The position numbers and the translations under genes were made by a program. DNA of 63,752 nucleotides, the filler included, from Hyphochytrium catenoides (Eukaryota; Protista; Hyphochytriomycota), in the NCBI GenBank assembly GCA_900088475.1. It is 11 parts of 11 records of this genome, joined end to end, with 100 filler letters (N's around TTAATTAATTAA, not from the genome) between each part and the next. Parts side by side here need not be neighbours in the genome. Positions count along the whole stretch, not along the records: positions 22,764 to 35,474 come from FLMG01003574.1; positions 35,575 to 36,733 come from FLMG01001727.1; positions 36,834 to 40,045 come from FLMG01000304.1; 8 more parts are not named here. One strand, given 5' to 3'. Positions 26,320-39,631 of this stretch are shown here, one piece after another. The notes under the pieces are model-generated. The model was not told the origin of the DNA. It searched no databases and saw only the letters and a program-made list of their open reading frames with translations. Position 1 is the first letter of the stretch, and every line of letters begins with the position of its first letter.

Positions 26320-26764
26320 AAGGAAGAGCGACAGGCAGCAGCGAATCCAGATAAACAGGCCAAGTGGATGCTCCAGAGAGAGAGATGGCGCCCGGGGGAC
26401 AAGGTCCGAAAGAGGACAAAGAGTGACCCTAAAGAGAGAAACAGAGAAGAACGAGAAGAGATTGCTGGTCATAAAGATTTGAAGAGGCCATAAACAGAGA
26501 GAGAGAGAGAGATCTGTGAAAGGTGATAATTGAAGAACAGATATTATTTAGGGAGCCTTTCTTCATATTGCTAACGGCATGTAAGACCTCCATCTCTAGC
26601 TGGTTGGAGAGCAGGAGAGAGAGAGGAGGAAAGAGAGAGAGAGAGTAAGGAAGAGATGCCTGAGAGCCCCAGGGAGACCCGCAGATGGAGTCACTTGCGG
26701 TGGGTTGGGGGCCGCTGGTAGAGAGAGGGAGAGACGGAAGAGAGAGAGGGAAAGAGAGAGTTAG

Positions 26765-26796
<32 letters not shown>

Positions 26797-26831
26797 NNNN
26801 NNNNNNNNNNNNNNNNNNNNNNNNNNNNNNN

Positions 26832-26868
<37 letters not shown>

Positions 26869-28653
26869 GAAAGAAACTCGATAGAGGATATTTCCGCTGC
26901 TCCCGTATAATATGTCATATCACTTCCCTGTGTCTCTCATGTAAGAGACTCAAAGTTATCTCTTCTTTAGCTTCTTGTCTTCCCTCGCTCTCTCTCTTCT
27001 TATAAAAAGAAACGATTCATGTGGAAGCTAGGGAATGACAGGCCAGGGCAGGAGGAAGAGATAGCTAATGAGATAGAGAAATTAAGGAAGCGATTGCAAG
27101 AGAGAAAGAGTGTATAATATAAGGAGTATAGTGTGAAGGAGAGAGAGAGGGAGCAAAGTGAGAAAGAAAGAAAAAGAGGAAAGACAAGATGGAGAAGCTA
27201 GGCTTAAAGAGAAGAGAGAAAAATAGGTCAATGAGAGGAGAGAAGAGAGAGAAAATAGGAGAGAAAACCGGGAAGAATGCCGCTTAAGTTAGTTTATAAA
27301 TAATAGCCCTAGGCCAAAAGTAGGCGAGGCTGTAAGCCAGCAGAGCACAGAGAAGAGAGGAGCATAGCTGCTCTTAGAGGATTCTTTTCTTTCTCTCTCT
27401 CTCTTACGCTGCCTGTTACAATTGTAGGTTCTGTCTCTCTCTCCTCACCGAACGCACCCACGGCAGCAGAGAGAAGGCGAAAGTGACAGTCGTCATGACC
27501 TTGACAAGGAACAAGAGAGAGAGAGAGAGAGAGAGAGCGAGGAGCTTAATTGCCGAGCCTATTCACTTTTTTCAGCTTTCATTGTCTGTCTTCCCCTCTG
27601 CTTTGTCCTTTTCGACCGATGGCCCTTGCCGTTGCTTCCTCTTCATCATTGGGCGCGAGAGAGAGGCATGAGAGAGAGGAGCAGAGACGAGAGAGACATT
27701 CTCCCCGCTCCCTGCTTCTGGCTCTTCTGAGAATGTGGGAGGGAGAGACGAGGAGAGGAGAGTACCTACCGAAGAAGCAAAAGACAGGGAGAAAGAGAGA
27801 GAGAGAGAGTGAGAAAAATCGAGAAAGAAAAAATGAGGCAAGGGTCATTCCCTATAATGAAAAAGGAGAGGGAATCCAATAGCCAAGAGAAAGGGGAGAG
27901 AGATAGAGAACGAGGCCTATAAATGGAACGACAAGGAAGGATAGACACAGAGAAAAGCAGACCGCGAGAGAGACACAGACAGACAGACAAGCAAGAGAGT
28001 GAGACAGAGACAAGCAAAGGAGAGAAAGAGAGTAGACAGTAAAAGAGGGACAGGAAAGAAGAGAGAAAGAAGGCAAGACCTGCTTCGGACGGGACAGAAG
28101 AGCGCTTCGAGGACTTCCTCTTCTCTTTTCTCTTTTCTTCTCCTTCCTCCTCTTTCTTTTTCTTCTTCTTCTTTTTGATCGCATCCTCGTGTCCTGTCTC
28201 TTCCTTCTCTTTCTCTTTCTTTTTGATCTTCTTTCTCTCTCCTATGCCGACTTCCTGTTGTAAAGTCTCTCCTGCTAAGCAGGCAGAAAAGAGGACAGAA
28301 AAGAAAGGTGAACCGCCATAACAAATCAGGCAGACAGAGAGAGAGAGTTGAGAGAACTATCGAGAGGGAAAAAGGGAGATGAGATAGAGGAGAAACAGAG
28401 GGAAGTGCCCTTGCAAAAAGAGACACCCCCCCCTAGAAGACAGTAACGGAGAGAGAGAGAGGGAGAGTGACAGACACACCCAGAGAGAGAGAGAGAGGGA
28501 GGAGCGGGAAGAGGAAGAAAAGAAGCACTATTACGAGTGTGAAACGAATAGAAGAGAGAACGCCACTTCCTTTGCTGGAGGGACGCAACACCCCTCTCTC
28601 TCTGTTCTCTCTCTCTCTCGCCCCCCAATGCCTCTCTTCTCTCGGTCTTGGCC

Positions 28654-31531
28654 CTATTCTCTAACTTTCTTCCGCCATAACTTACCTACGACTTCTCCTG
28701 GCTCTTGTTTCTTCCCTTTCCTTGTTCCTTTCTCTCTCTTTCTTGCCAGAGCTCGCTGTTTCCTGGCTCTCTCTTCCGCCTGGAGCGTGCTCCAGGACTC
28801 ATCAAACTTCGCATCATCCACACGGAGAAGTCCTTCCATCGTCCTGTTTTCTCTCTCTCCATCTCTCTCTTGCGTTTGAACATTTCTCTCTTCTGAGAGA
28901 GAATCTCTCTCCTCTTTCTTTACTCCCTGGTCTTCTTCTGGCGCTGCCTCTCTTTCTCTTGTAGGCAGTGCAGAAATTTCCTGCTTCTTCAGTTCAGAAG
29001 CAGGGGAAGAGGTGGCGCCTCCTTTACTGGGTGATCCGAGAGAGAGAAGGCCCTCTTCCTCTTTTCTCTCTCTCTCTACGGAGGGAGCGGGAGGAGGCGG
29101 CCCAGGTGGGAGAGGAGGTACGAACCCAGGAGGGAGAGAGAAAGGTCCTATGGCAGCCGGAAAAGGAGAAGGAGGAGAAGGGATTGCCGAAGGAGTAGCG
29201 GGGAGAGGAGACATCACGGAGTCTGCTACAGGAAAGACTGAGGGATTCATCTCTCTCTCTTCTTCTTTCCCTTCTTCTCTCTCTTCTTTAGTCAAGCTTC
29301 CTTGGGAGGAAAACATAGCTGGAGGGGAGGGAGAAGGGGATGGTGATGGAGGCGAAGGGCGCAAAGCCTTCGGTTTGGCTAAAAGAATGCCGCCTGTCTC
29401 TTCTTCTACGTCCTCTTCTTCCGCTCTCTCTTCTTCTTCGTCTTGTCTCTCTTCAGAGTCTCTTCCTCCTTGGCCATAGAGAGCACTCATTCCTGCAGAG
29501 ACCCTAACTACATCTTCCTCCGCCGAAAGTTTACTCTCTGAAGAGAGAGGGAGAGAAAGAGAAGCCGGACTTCTTCTTTCTTCTTCTAGTGCCGCTCTCC
29601 CGATATTGTCTCTCTTCTCTTGAATACTTTGGCTCTCTGTCTTTCCTAAAAGAGCCGTCTCTTCTTTCCCCTTCGGTGGCTCCTGATCCTTTCTGCTCCT
29701 TCTTCTGGAAGTATCCTCTCTCTTCTTCTCCTGTTCTTCCTCTTGTCTCTCTATATTCTTCTCTTCCTTTGCCACTGTTCTCTCCTCCTTTGTGTCGTCC
29801 TTTTTTCTTCTTTCTTCCTGCACTTTGACGGCCATTCTCTCTCGACTTTCTTCTTCTTCTTTTTGCTGAAGCTGTTTCTGCTTTCTCTCTTCCAGCAGTT
29901 GCTTCTTCTCTCTTAAGCTAATGAGGGGCTCATCTTTCTCTCCTGGACCCGCTGCCCGCACTTCTTGCTTGGAGCTAGAGAAGCAGTGTAAGAAAAAGCA
30001 GGATTGACCGAGGAGAATGTAAAAGAGAGAGAGAAAAACACAGGAAAAAAGAGAAAGAGGGAAGGCAGCGAGAGAGAGAGAGGTATTTGCGAGATTGCAA
30101 GAAACAGGAAGAACAGTGAAAGAGAAAGGTAACTTGTAAGTTCAAGGAAGAGATTGGAAAAGAGGAGAGGATAAACTAAAGAGAAGAGTGTGAGAGAGAG
30201 ACAGAGAGAGGGGGGAGAGAGAAAACAGGGGACGGAGAGAGAGTGACAGAGAGTTAAGACAGGGGGAAGTACCTTGGACGGCGGCCATCTTTCTTCAACG
30301 TCAGGAAAGAGTCTGAGTCTTCTCTCTCAAGGTCACTTTCATTGTCACTTTGTCTCCTGCTTTTTTCCCTTTTCTCTTCCTTCGAATCCTCTTCTGGAGC
30401 TCCTCCCCCATAGATTTGGGACACGCCTTCTTCCTTGAAGAGAGAGGAAAAGCTGTCCCGTTGGGCAGAGGAAAGCGGAATAGTACTCTTCTTTGGACCC
30501 CCGCTGCTTCTCTCTCTCTCTTCCTCTCTCCTGGTTACTTTACTATTTCCATCTGCATTTAAAAATATAGAAGCAAACGGTAACATTTAGAAAGCAATTA
30601 GGAGAGAAAAAAGAGAGACACGATGATGGAAGGGGATGGCGGAAAGAAAAGAGGAATGGAAGGACCAAGAAGAGGGAGGGAGAAGGGGAGAAACGGGGAC
30701 AGAGACTAGCGAAGAAGAGACGAATGAAAGTGTCCGAGACGTTAGAGGGACTATTTGAAGCGAGAGAGAAAGACCGCGAGGGGAGAGAGAGCCCATCAAC
30801 AGAAGGACTAGAGCCAAAGTGCTAGTAGAGCCCATCAACAGAGTCTCTCCTGAGTCCATACCTCTCTCTCTCGAGTCCCAGCTGCGATCACTTTCGTTCC
30901 TGGAACTTTTACAAGATACACAAAGAGAGGGACAGAGTTAGAGACAGAGAGAGAGAATACGAGCAGCGTTCCGTGCAGAAAGAGAGGTTATATCCATCCA
31001 ATTACCGAAAGAGGGAAAGATCTTGTTAGGTTTAAGAATGAGAAGAAAGAGAGTACATTCAGATGGACATCGCCATGAAAGAAATTAGAAAAAGATCAGG
31101 GAATAAAAACGAGAGAGACGAGGAAGAGGGCGAGATAGAGAAATTTCGAGATAAGAGAGAGAGAGACAGAGGAGGCACTTACCTCTTTTGTCTCTCGATC
31201 TCTTCATCTCTCCCTCCTCCTCTCTCTTCTCCTCTTGTTCCTAAGAGCTGGTGCGTAAGACGCTGCTGCTCCTCCAGAGCTTTGATCTTTTGCTGATTCA
31301 ACTCCAGTAACTGACGAGTCAGTTCTGCCTCTGACAGATCAGTGGGAAGTCGGGGTGGAGTCTGAGATGAATGAGGACGAGAAGAGAGAGAAGCTGTCTC
31401 TCTCTCTCTTTCTCTCCGATCATAGTACTGACGATGTCCCTCCCTTTGGGAAGATTGTAAACCAAATGAGACAGGAAATAGGGAGGTGAGTCATTTGTCT
31501 AATAGGATGGTTAGCCCTCTCCATTGTTTCT

Positions 31532-31575
<44 letters not shown>

Positions 31576-31930
31576 CTTACCTCTCTTTCTCTACCACCTC
31601 TCGCTGATCTCTCACACATTCGCTCTCTGTTTCATCAGCACATTTAACGCCCAATAACAGCTTCAAGTGGAACAACTGTCTTTGTCTCATCTTTCTCTGT
31701 CTTTGCCTGGCTCGAGCGAGAAGACTTTTCTTTTTTGTCTCTCTCTCCAAGCACATACTCTCTCTCTCCTACCTTGGCGGGGGTTGTCGTCTCTGGTCCC
31801 TATACCCTAGATCCCTGGACAACAATGAGAATATTTGCTTGTTAGAACGCGACTGACCATGTTCGTCTCTCTCTTTCTCTCCTCTGGTTGCCGATAAGGG
31901 AAAGAGATTACGGCAAGAAAACAGAGAGAG

Positions 31931-31963
<33 letters not shown>

Positions 31964-33515
31964 GGAAAGAGAGAGAGAGAGAGAAGAGGAGAGCATCCTG
32001 TAGATGAAGAAATAGAAGAAAGAAGCCTCCTTACTGACCTTCTCGCGAGCGAGGAACGAGAGAGAGAGATAGAGATAGAAGAGAGGGAAAGAGAGAGAGA
32101 GAGGGAGAGAGAGAGAGAGAAAAAAAGAGGAGAAGGGCATCCTGTAGATGAAGGGATAGAAGAAAGAAGCCTCCTTACGGACCTTCTTGCTCTTTCCGCC
32201 TTCTCTTTTTCTCGTTCGTCCTCATACATTCTCCCTAGACCTGGATCTTCCTCAAAAAGCTCGTCAAAGCTTCCTTTCCTGAGGAGAGAGTCTCTCTAGT
32301 TAGCCACATCTTAACTCTCTCTTAGAAGCATCCAAGCACTTGAGAAACAATACGAGAGAGAGAGAGGGAGAGAAAGGAGATGAGGAGAGAGGATGAAAAG
32401 AGAGAGACAGGGAAAGAGAGATACAAGAAGAGATGGAGGGGAAAGAGGAAGATAGAGATAGATGGACAGAAGAAAAGAGAACACTTCAAACGAAAGAGGA
32501 GGAAAGAGAGAGACAGGAAGGCGCAAAAAGAGAAGAGAGAGAAAGACTTCAAAGGAAGAGAAGAAGAGAGAGAGAAACGGGGCTGAGGAGAGGAGCCATA
32601 ACCGAAGAGGTTAGAGTGAGAAAAGAGGAGACTGACTCTAATCTCCATAGTAGTGTTTTCGTAGACACAAGGAAGAGTAGGAAAAAGAGCGAAGTGTCTC
32701 AAGGCAAAGAGGGAGATGTGTCAGACAGAGAGCGAAGAGAGAGAAAGAAAGAAGAGAACGCAGCGCTTACCGAGGACGAAAGTGTGCATGCGGTCTTCTC
32801 TCTTCTGCCTCTCTCCTCTCCAAATACCTTCTCTCATTGTATTCGTCTCGCTCTCTCTTTCTCTCTCTATTCTCATAGGCAGATGAGGGAGGAGGGCCCC
32901 TGTACCTTCTCTCTCTCTCTCCAAAGTCTTGGTATCGTCCCCGTTGTTCGCCATATCCTCTCTCTCCTCTCCCTTCTCTCTCTCTTCCTCCATCGACTCG
33001 ATATCTGCCTGCTTGCTCGGGATATCTTCTGTCTCCTGTCTCTCTCTCTCTTCCACGTTCTTCGGCATATCGTCTTTCTGCGTCATTCATGTGCCGGGGA
33101 GGAAGAGGAGCACGAGGATTTGGTGGAAGGGGCCTGCGGAAAGAGAGACAAAGAGAGAGAGAGAGACACCGGCGAAATAAAAAAAGAAGAGAGAGAGAGA
33201 GGGAGTGAGCAATGGGAACAGTGAGTGCGACAAGACGCGCCACGAGACCGCAGTGAAGGAAAAAGAGAGATTTTTAGAAAGAGGGAGAAAGAGAGAAAGT
33301 AGGGAGGGGAGAAGAGAACATCGTCCTATGACACTCACCCTCTCCCGCCATAAGCATCTGCGCCATAAAAGTATGGGTCTGTCTCTCTACGGTGAGCCTC
33401 TCTTCTCTCTCCATCTGAACATTAAAGCGACACTTTCCGTTAGTCTTTCTTCCACGAAGTCACTGGAACTAATGCTACGCCTTTTGCTTCTTCTTTTTAT
33501 CAGTTACATCTTCTT

Positions 33516-33548
<33 letters not shown>

Positions 33549-33774
33549 ATTTTCTCTCTCTCTCTCTCTCTCTCTTTCAGTCCCTCTCTCTCTCTCTCTC
33601 GCTCTCTCTCATTCGCTCTGATAACCTAATTGTCTCGGGTATGTAGTGTCTTCTTTATTTCCTTTGTCTCTCTCTTTCCTTCCTTCCATGTCTCTCTTGA
33701 TCTCTCTCCCTCTCGAGGTCCGTAACCCGGACCCGCTTTATGTACCCCCAACTGCGACTCCTCTCTGTCTTTCG

Positions 33775-33847
<73 letters not shown>

Positions 33848-35474
33848 TCTCTCCGCTCTCCCCTTGCTTTTCCTCAATTGCGGCTACCTCTTGGCATGTA
33901 TCTCTCTCCCTGGTGATAGGGATATTGAGACGGATAAGGCCCAGGCGGAGAAGAGTACGATCCTGGAGGAGGAGAAGAGTGATAGGGAGAGAGAGAGAGA
34001 GGATATCCCGGGAGAGAAGGCTGCGGAGAGCTGTGATATAAAGGCGGGGCCGGCTGCGGCGGAGCAGCCTGTACAATAATATAAGAGACACCTGCCAGGG
34101 GGCAGAACGGAAGAGAAAAGTAGAGAGAGAGAGAGAGAGAGAGAAAGAGATGGAGAATGCAAAAGAAGAAGGACCAAGAAGAAGGACCCGAGAAGAGAAA
34201 GGGGGAGGCAGCAGCGCGGAGGGAGAGAAGTTAGTGAATGAAGACGTCTCTCTCCAAACCTTCTTCACGAGGTTACCTCTCTGGCTTGAGACACTCTCTC
34301 TCTCTTCCCTCCCCTCTTTCTCTCTCGGTTTCTCTCTCTTGCGTTCTCTCTCTCGCCATCTCCCCTCTCTCTCCTCCTCTCTCTTCACCCCTCTCCCTCT
34401 CTCTTTCTCTCTCTCTCTGTCTCTTTCTTTTTAAAGCTCTCTATCATCCAACACCTACTCGGCTGTCCAGCTGGTGTGGAAGGGAGAGACAGCGCAACTC
34501 CTCCCGGGACTCCGTTTACCGGCGGCGCTGTCTGCGCTACTGCAGCGCCGTAGGGGACAAGCGCCCCAGGAGCGGAAGAAGAGACAGCAGGCGGCACCTT
34601 GGTAGGGACTAAAGAAGACTGGAGAGGAGAGGATGAGGAGAGAGAAAAAGAGAGAAAGATTAGAGGAATTGATGGTGAAAGAAAGTGACCTAAAGAGAGA
34701 AAGGAAGACAAAGAAAGAGAGAGAACTGAAATGGAGGGGAGAGGACAGGGGGCGGTGTCGACAGGAATAATGATGGCTGAATAGAGCGATAAATGAAGAA
34801 GAGAAGAGAGAGAGTGTTAGGACCGTCCCTTTCCTGTCTCCCTCTCCCTGGCTGTCTCTCGGTGTTTCATATCTACTTACCTTCAGTGTCTCTCTTCCTG
34901 GGTCAGCAAACAGCTCTTCTGCACTATCCTTTCTCTTCAAAGCCGGACTGGTGCTAGGCCCTTCAAATGCAAAGGGAGAGAGAGTGAGTGAGAGAGAGAA
35001 AAGAGAGAGAGAGAGAGAAAGAAATCTGTGTGAATTTTGAAAGAGAGACAGCTTGTGCGGATAGGGCTGTTGTTAAGAGGGTGAGGGAGAAAGCGAGAGA
35101 ACTTAAGGAGACCAACTCTAGAGAAAAAATGATATCACATACAGAACGACTGGATCCAGGAATATACGTGGGTGGAAGAGAGAGAGAGAGAGAGAAAGAG
35201 AGTTATAGAGAGAAAGATACCAAGAGAGAGGAGAGAGTTAGTTATAATAGTAGACAACCTAGACTTGCATTATGCAGATGAAGAAGAGTCCGGTTCGTAA
35301 GGTGAAGAGAAAGAGAGAGACTGAGTGTGAGAGAGAGAGAGACAGAATACCGTTGTCAGGACTATGACAAAGGAGGGAAGAACGTGGAGAAGAGTGAAAT
35401 ACCTTCTGCCCTTCTCTCTTCTCTCCCTTGTCCCGCTGCCGCCTGATCAGCTTGAGCTTGATATCTTCCCCAGC
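28654..35474 (-). CDS. 3' part of a large multi-exon low-complexity (Glu/Arg/Pro-rich) protein, possibly following a PDZ domain
   Basis: Long terminal ORF 28654-29961 with a poly-Pro tract (PPLPPGPPPPAP). Upstream exons have GTAAG-type donors (~34881, ~31183) and include a coiled coil ELTRQLLELNQQKIKALEEQQ. The first exon fragment AGEDIKLKLIRR resembles a PDZ C-terminal strand (weak). Confidence 0.45.
31993..32190. repeat. Direct duplication of ~54 bp (31993-32046 and 32137-32190)
   Basis: gcatcctgtagatgaag(aa/gg)atagaagaaagaagcctccttac(t/g)gaccttct(c/t)gc occurs twice. Confidence 0.85.
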
Positions 35475-35574
35475 NNNNNNNNNNNNNNNNNNNNNNNNNN
35501 NNNNNNNNNNNNNNNNNNTTAATTAATTAANNNNNNNNNNNNNNNNNNNNNNNNNNNNNNNNNNNNNNNNNNNN

Positions 35575-36733
35575 ATGGGTGCCAGAGTCATACCCTACAA
35601 AGATATACCCAGAGCTCCGCGCATCAAGCTTTCGCAGCATCGTCGACGGCTTTTTTAAAGCATACGCAAGTGAACCAAAGACGCGTAGATGATCAACATC
35701 AGGCGGCTTGCCATACCACTTTTCGTAGGGGATAGAGCCATCGAGTGAAGCAGTAGGACAGCGATTGATCACATGAACTGCGGAGGCCAATGCATCTGCC
35801 CAGGAAAAACGAGGTAGGTCAGTAGCAATCAGAAGGCATCTCGTCGCCTGCATGACAGTTCTCATCCAGCGTTCACAACAACAGCCGTTGCTAGAGGGGG
35901 AATAAGCAGGTGTAGGAGAGTGCAGGATGCCGCGGCGAGAGCACACTTTGTGTGCAGCACTGCTACCGAACTCTCCCCCGCGATCGGAGCGTATCTCCTT
36001 CAGCGCTCACCCGTCTGGTTCTCCATTAAAAGAATGAGCTCCTCCAACTTAGCTTCTGCTTCTCCTTTGCTCCGAAGAAATTGCACAAAGCACCTCCGAG
36101 AGTGATCATCCACCACGAGCAGAAAATGTACATAGCCTTGATAGCTACGAGTATTGACAATGCCAACGTCGGCGTGCAGAAGTTCCAGCAGTCTTGTTGT
36201 CTTACGGGGCTGAGCATGGTAAGGCTTACGAGTTAGCTTCGCAAGAATGCAGGTCTCACAAAGACAGAGCTGCTGAGAAGCTCTATCAAGGGCTATGCCG
36301 GGAGCCTGCAGGGCTAGTCTTCGAATATCTGTGTGGTTAAGATTGTTGGATTATATGGGATGATTGGACAATGTCATTAGATGAGAGTGCTCTACTTATA
36401 ACCCCAACTGGGGTCCCATAAACTAGAGCTATTCTGACTATGCCAACTATTCCTAATATAGTCTAAGATATGGAGTTATAGAGATATCGCTGTCTAGAAT
36501 AGTCAGTCCTGGAGGTATCCTGGGGTACTGACCATAAGCCATAGATATAAACAAGGACATTTCCTTCACTTCATATCTCGGCTTCTACTGGGAGTTTAGA
36601 GCTGAAACTTGGGTAGTGAAGCTGCCAGCTTGTAGTCCACATAGCCGTGCCCGCAGACTCCAACAAAGATGATTAAGGCGTTTGTGCCACAGAGTGATAG
36701 GCTCTTGCTTGCTCGTAGCTGCGGCTAGTCTTG
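35575..36733 (-). mobile_element. Decayed Ty1/copia LTR retrotransposon pol fragment (GAG-pre-integrase + integrase core + SH3-like)
   Basis: Motifs LWHKRLNHL, CETCILAK, LELLHADV, FLLVVDDHSR, IRSDRGGEF, PAYSPSSNGCCER, WADALASAVHVINR, HLRVFGSLAY and KLDARSSGYIFVGY. There is a frameshift near 36003 and an insertion at 36344-36665. Confidence 0.95.
36344..36665. mobile_element. 322-bp solo LTR nested in the copia integrase gene
   Basis: Termini TGTTGGA...TCCAACA form a 7-bp inverted repeat with TG..CA ends. A 5-bp target-site duplication AAGAT lies at 36339-36343 and 36666-36670. Removing the insert restores LWHKRLNHL-NHTDIRRL. Confidence 0.85.
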
Positions 36734-37300
36734 NNNNNNNNNNNNNNNNNNNNNNNNNNNNNNNNNNNNNNNNNNNNTTAATTAATTAANNNNNNNNNNN
36801 NNNNNNNNNNNNNNNNNNNNNNNNNNNNNNNNNGGAAGCGCCTGGTGAGGACGCTTTCTCTCTCTTGTATCTCTCTTTTTCTCTAGCTCTTTCTTTCTCT
36901 CTCTCCTTTTGTCTCTCTTTCCCTCGTCTCCATGGTGTGTCCGTGTCTCTCTTCTCTGCTTTTCACTCTTCTTCTCTTTCTCTTCTAATCGGGCTTTCTC
37001 CTCCCGATGCTGTTCTGTTTCTCTTTTGCTTTTGCTGTTTTGTCTTCTCTCTCTCTCTCTCTTGTCTTCTCTCTTTCATTGTCTCTGATTCTCTCTCATC
37101 ATCCACCTATCTTACCCTTAGTTTCATTCAATTTTGTCCGCCCTCGTTTTCCTCTCTCTCCTTCATTCCTTCTGCTTTCTCCGGACCTCTTTCTCTTCTC
37201 TTTGATTCTCTCGCTCTGTCTCTCTTTCTCTCTCTCTCTGTGTCTCTCTCTGTCTCTCTCTGTCTCCCTTTCTCCCTCTCTCCCTCCTCTCTCTTTCCCC

Positions 37301-37336
<36 letters not shown>

Positions 37337-37338
37337 AG

Positions 37339-38165
37339 GCGCCTTTGCCCGGTCTAAGCTGTCAGAATCTGATGTGGACATTATTTTGGCATCTTTCCGA
37401 GAGAGAGGAAAAGCCTCTCTTTCATCTTCTCTCCTCTCATCCGCCGCTGGATCTTCCTCTCCTGGAGTGAAAGGAGGACCGGAAGGAGGAAAGAGACGAG
37501 CAGGTGAGAGAGAGAGAGAGTGTGTGCGTGCAAGAGGGAGAGAGGGAGATAGAGACATGGTCGAGATGAGAAAGAAAGCGTGGTACATATATAAAACGTG
37601 AGAGAGAGAGCGTAAGGTTGCGGCAATTGAAAACGAGGAGAGAGAGGGAGAGAGGGAGGAAGAGAGAGAGAGAGAGAGAATTCAACCGAAGCTGGTAGAT
37701 AGGATTCATTATACTCAATGAGGGAAGGAAGGGATAGAAGAGAGGGAGAGACAAGAGTTTTGGGCCTCGCACTATCTGACGGTTACTTACTCTCTTTCTG
37801 TTCTTCTCTCTCTTCTCTCCTCCCCTTTGTCTCCCATTCAAAAATTCTCCTTGCCTGCTCGTACTTGCTCCTTCTTTGTCTTCTCCTTCCAACCTATGTG
37901 TCTCTCTCTGCGACATACTTTGTGTCTCACGCTGCCTCTTCTTCTCGTATTGCATCTCTCTTCTTTTCGCCACTTTTTCTCTCTGTCTCACTCTTTGTTT
38001 CTCTCTTTGTGTATCTGTCTCTCCATCTCTTTCTCTCTTTCTCTCTTTTCTCTCTCTCTCTCTGCAGGCGGCGCTAACTCTTACTCGTACTCTGAGTTTG
38101 TGCTGATCCTCCAGAGAATTTCTCAGCGCTTTGGACCCCTCACCCCTGCAAATAATAACACCAGT
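37339..38165 (+). CDS. Exon fragments of a possible p25-alpha/TPPP-like (EF-hand-like) domain protein
   Basis: KLSESDVDIILASF and YSYSEFVLILQRISQRF resemble the p25-alpha pattern (DVDIIF..V...I.F.EF..AL..IA.K.F). AG acceptors at 37337-38 and 38066-67. Confidence 0.35.
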
Positions 38166-38886
38166 CAGTCGTCTCTCTTTCTCTCTTTCTCTCTCTCACT
38201 ATGACACTGTTCCCTCCCCTCCTCCCCTCTTTTTCCAGGCTGTCTCTTATTCTTCNNNNNNNNNNNNNNNNNNNNNNNNNNNNNNNNNNNNNNNNNNNNN
38301 NNNNNNNNNNNNNNNNNNNNNNNNNNNNNNNNNNNNNNNNNNNNNNNNNNNNNNNNNNNNNNNNNNNNNNNNNNNNNNNNNNNNNNNNNNNNNNNNNNNN
38401 NNNNNNNNNNNNNNNNNNNNNNNNNNNNNNNNNNNNNNNNNNNNNNNNNNNNNNNNNNNNNNNNNNNNNNNNNNNNNNNNNNNNNNNNNNNNNNNNNNNN
38501 NNNNNNNNNNNNNNNNNNNNNNNNNNNNNNNNNNNNNNNNNNNNNNNNNNNNNNNNNNNNNNNNNNNNNNNNNNNNNNNNNNNGTATGTGAGGATGCGAC
38601 TGTGAGTGAAACCATCAGAACAGAAGACAGAAGTCCGCTATATGATTATCTAGAGTCATAACCCATGTAACCTGTACTGGAACTATTATTAGACAGAGTA
38701 CCGGTCTAATGACCCAGCCCTATTGTGGGTCATATGGGCTTCCTGTTATAGGTGCTGTGTAGGTCATCATGGGTTTATTGGGTGAGAGATAGGGTAGCGG
38801 ACTTCAAGGAACGGACACAACAGTTATGTTGAGAGAGAGAGAGAAGAGAGAGAGAGCGAGAGAGCGAGAGAGAGCGAGAGAGAGAG

Positions 38887-38969
<83 letters not shown>

Positions 38970-39381
38970 AAGAGAGAGCAGAAGGGAAGAGAAGATGAGA
39001 AGAGAGAGAGATTTAAAGAGGGGAAGAGAAGAGGTCAGGAAAGGAGAATGAGAGGGAAGAGTGCACGGATGAAGATCCAGGAGAGGAAGGTTGCAAGAGA
39101 GCAGAGACAAGCAAATGGAGATGAGAAAATGGATGGGGGAGAGCGAGAGAGAGGGAGCGAGCGAGCGAGAGAGAACGAGGGAAATCAAAGGGAACCAAGA
39201 GAGAGAGAGAGAGAGAGAGGACGAAGAAAGTGTAAAAGGGAGAGAGAGAGACCCGACAGGCAGCCCAATAACCGCAACAACTTCAAGTAAGCCGAGGACA
39301 CTCCCTACTGTCGCTCTACTTTGGCTGCTGCAGTTCCTCTCTCTCTGCCAAGTCTATCTCTCCCTCTTCCTCTCTCTTCTT

Positions 39382-39419
<38 letters not shown>

Positions 39420-39585
39420 CTGTCTCTCTGTCTGTTCTCTACCAAGCGATGCCGCTCGGTTGTTTATCTTTCTTTCTCTTCTCTGCAGCACCCGCATCTG
39501 ACTACCAATCTGCCAGAAGCATCGCTCTGTCATCTTGTCTATCGCACTTCTAAAAATCCTTTCCCTCTCTCTCTCCTACTCTCTC

Positions 39586-39631
<46 letters not shown>

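Noticed and set aside
22712-28664. Numerous SLSL/ERER ORFs here and throughout the window
   Set aside because: They are translations of (CT)n/(GA)n microsatellites, which lack stop codons.
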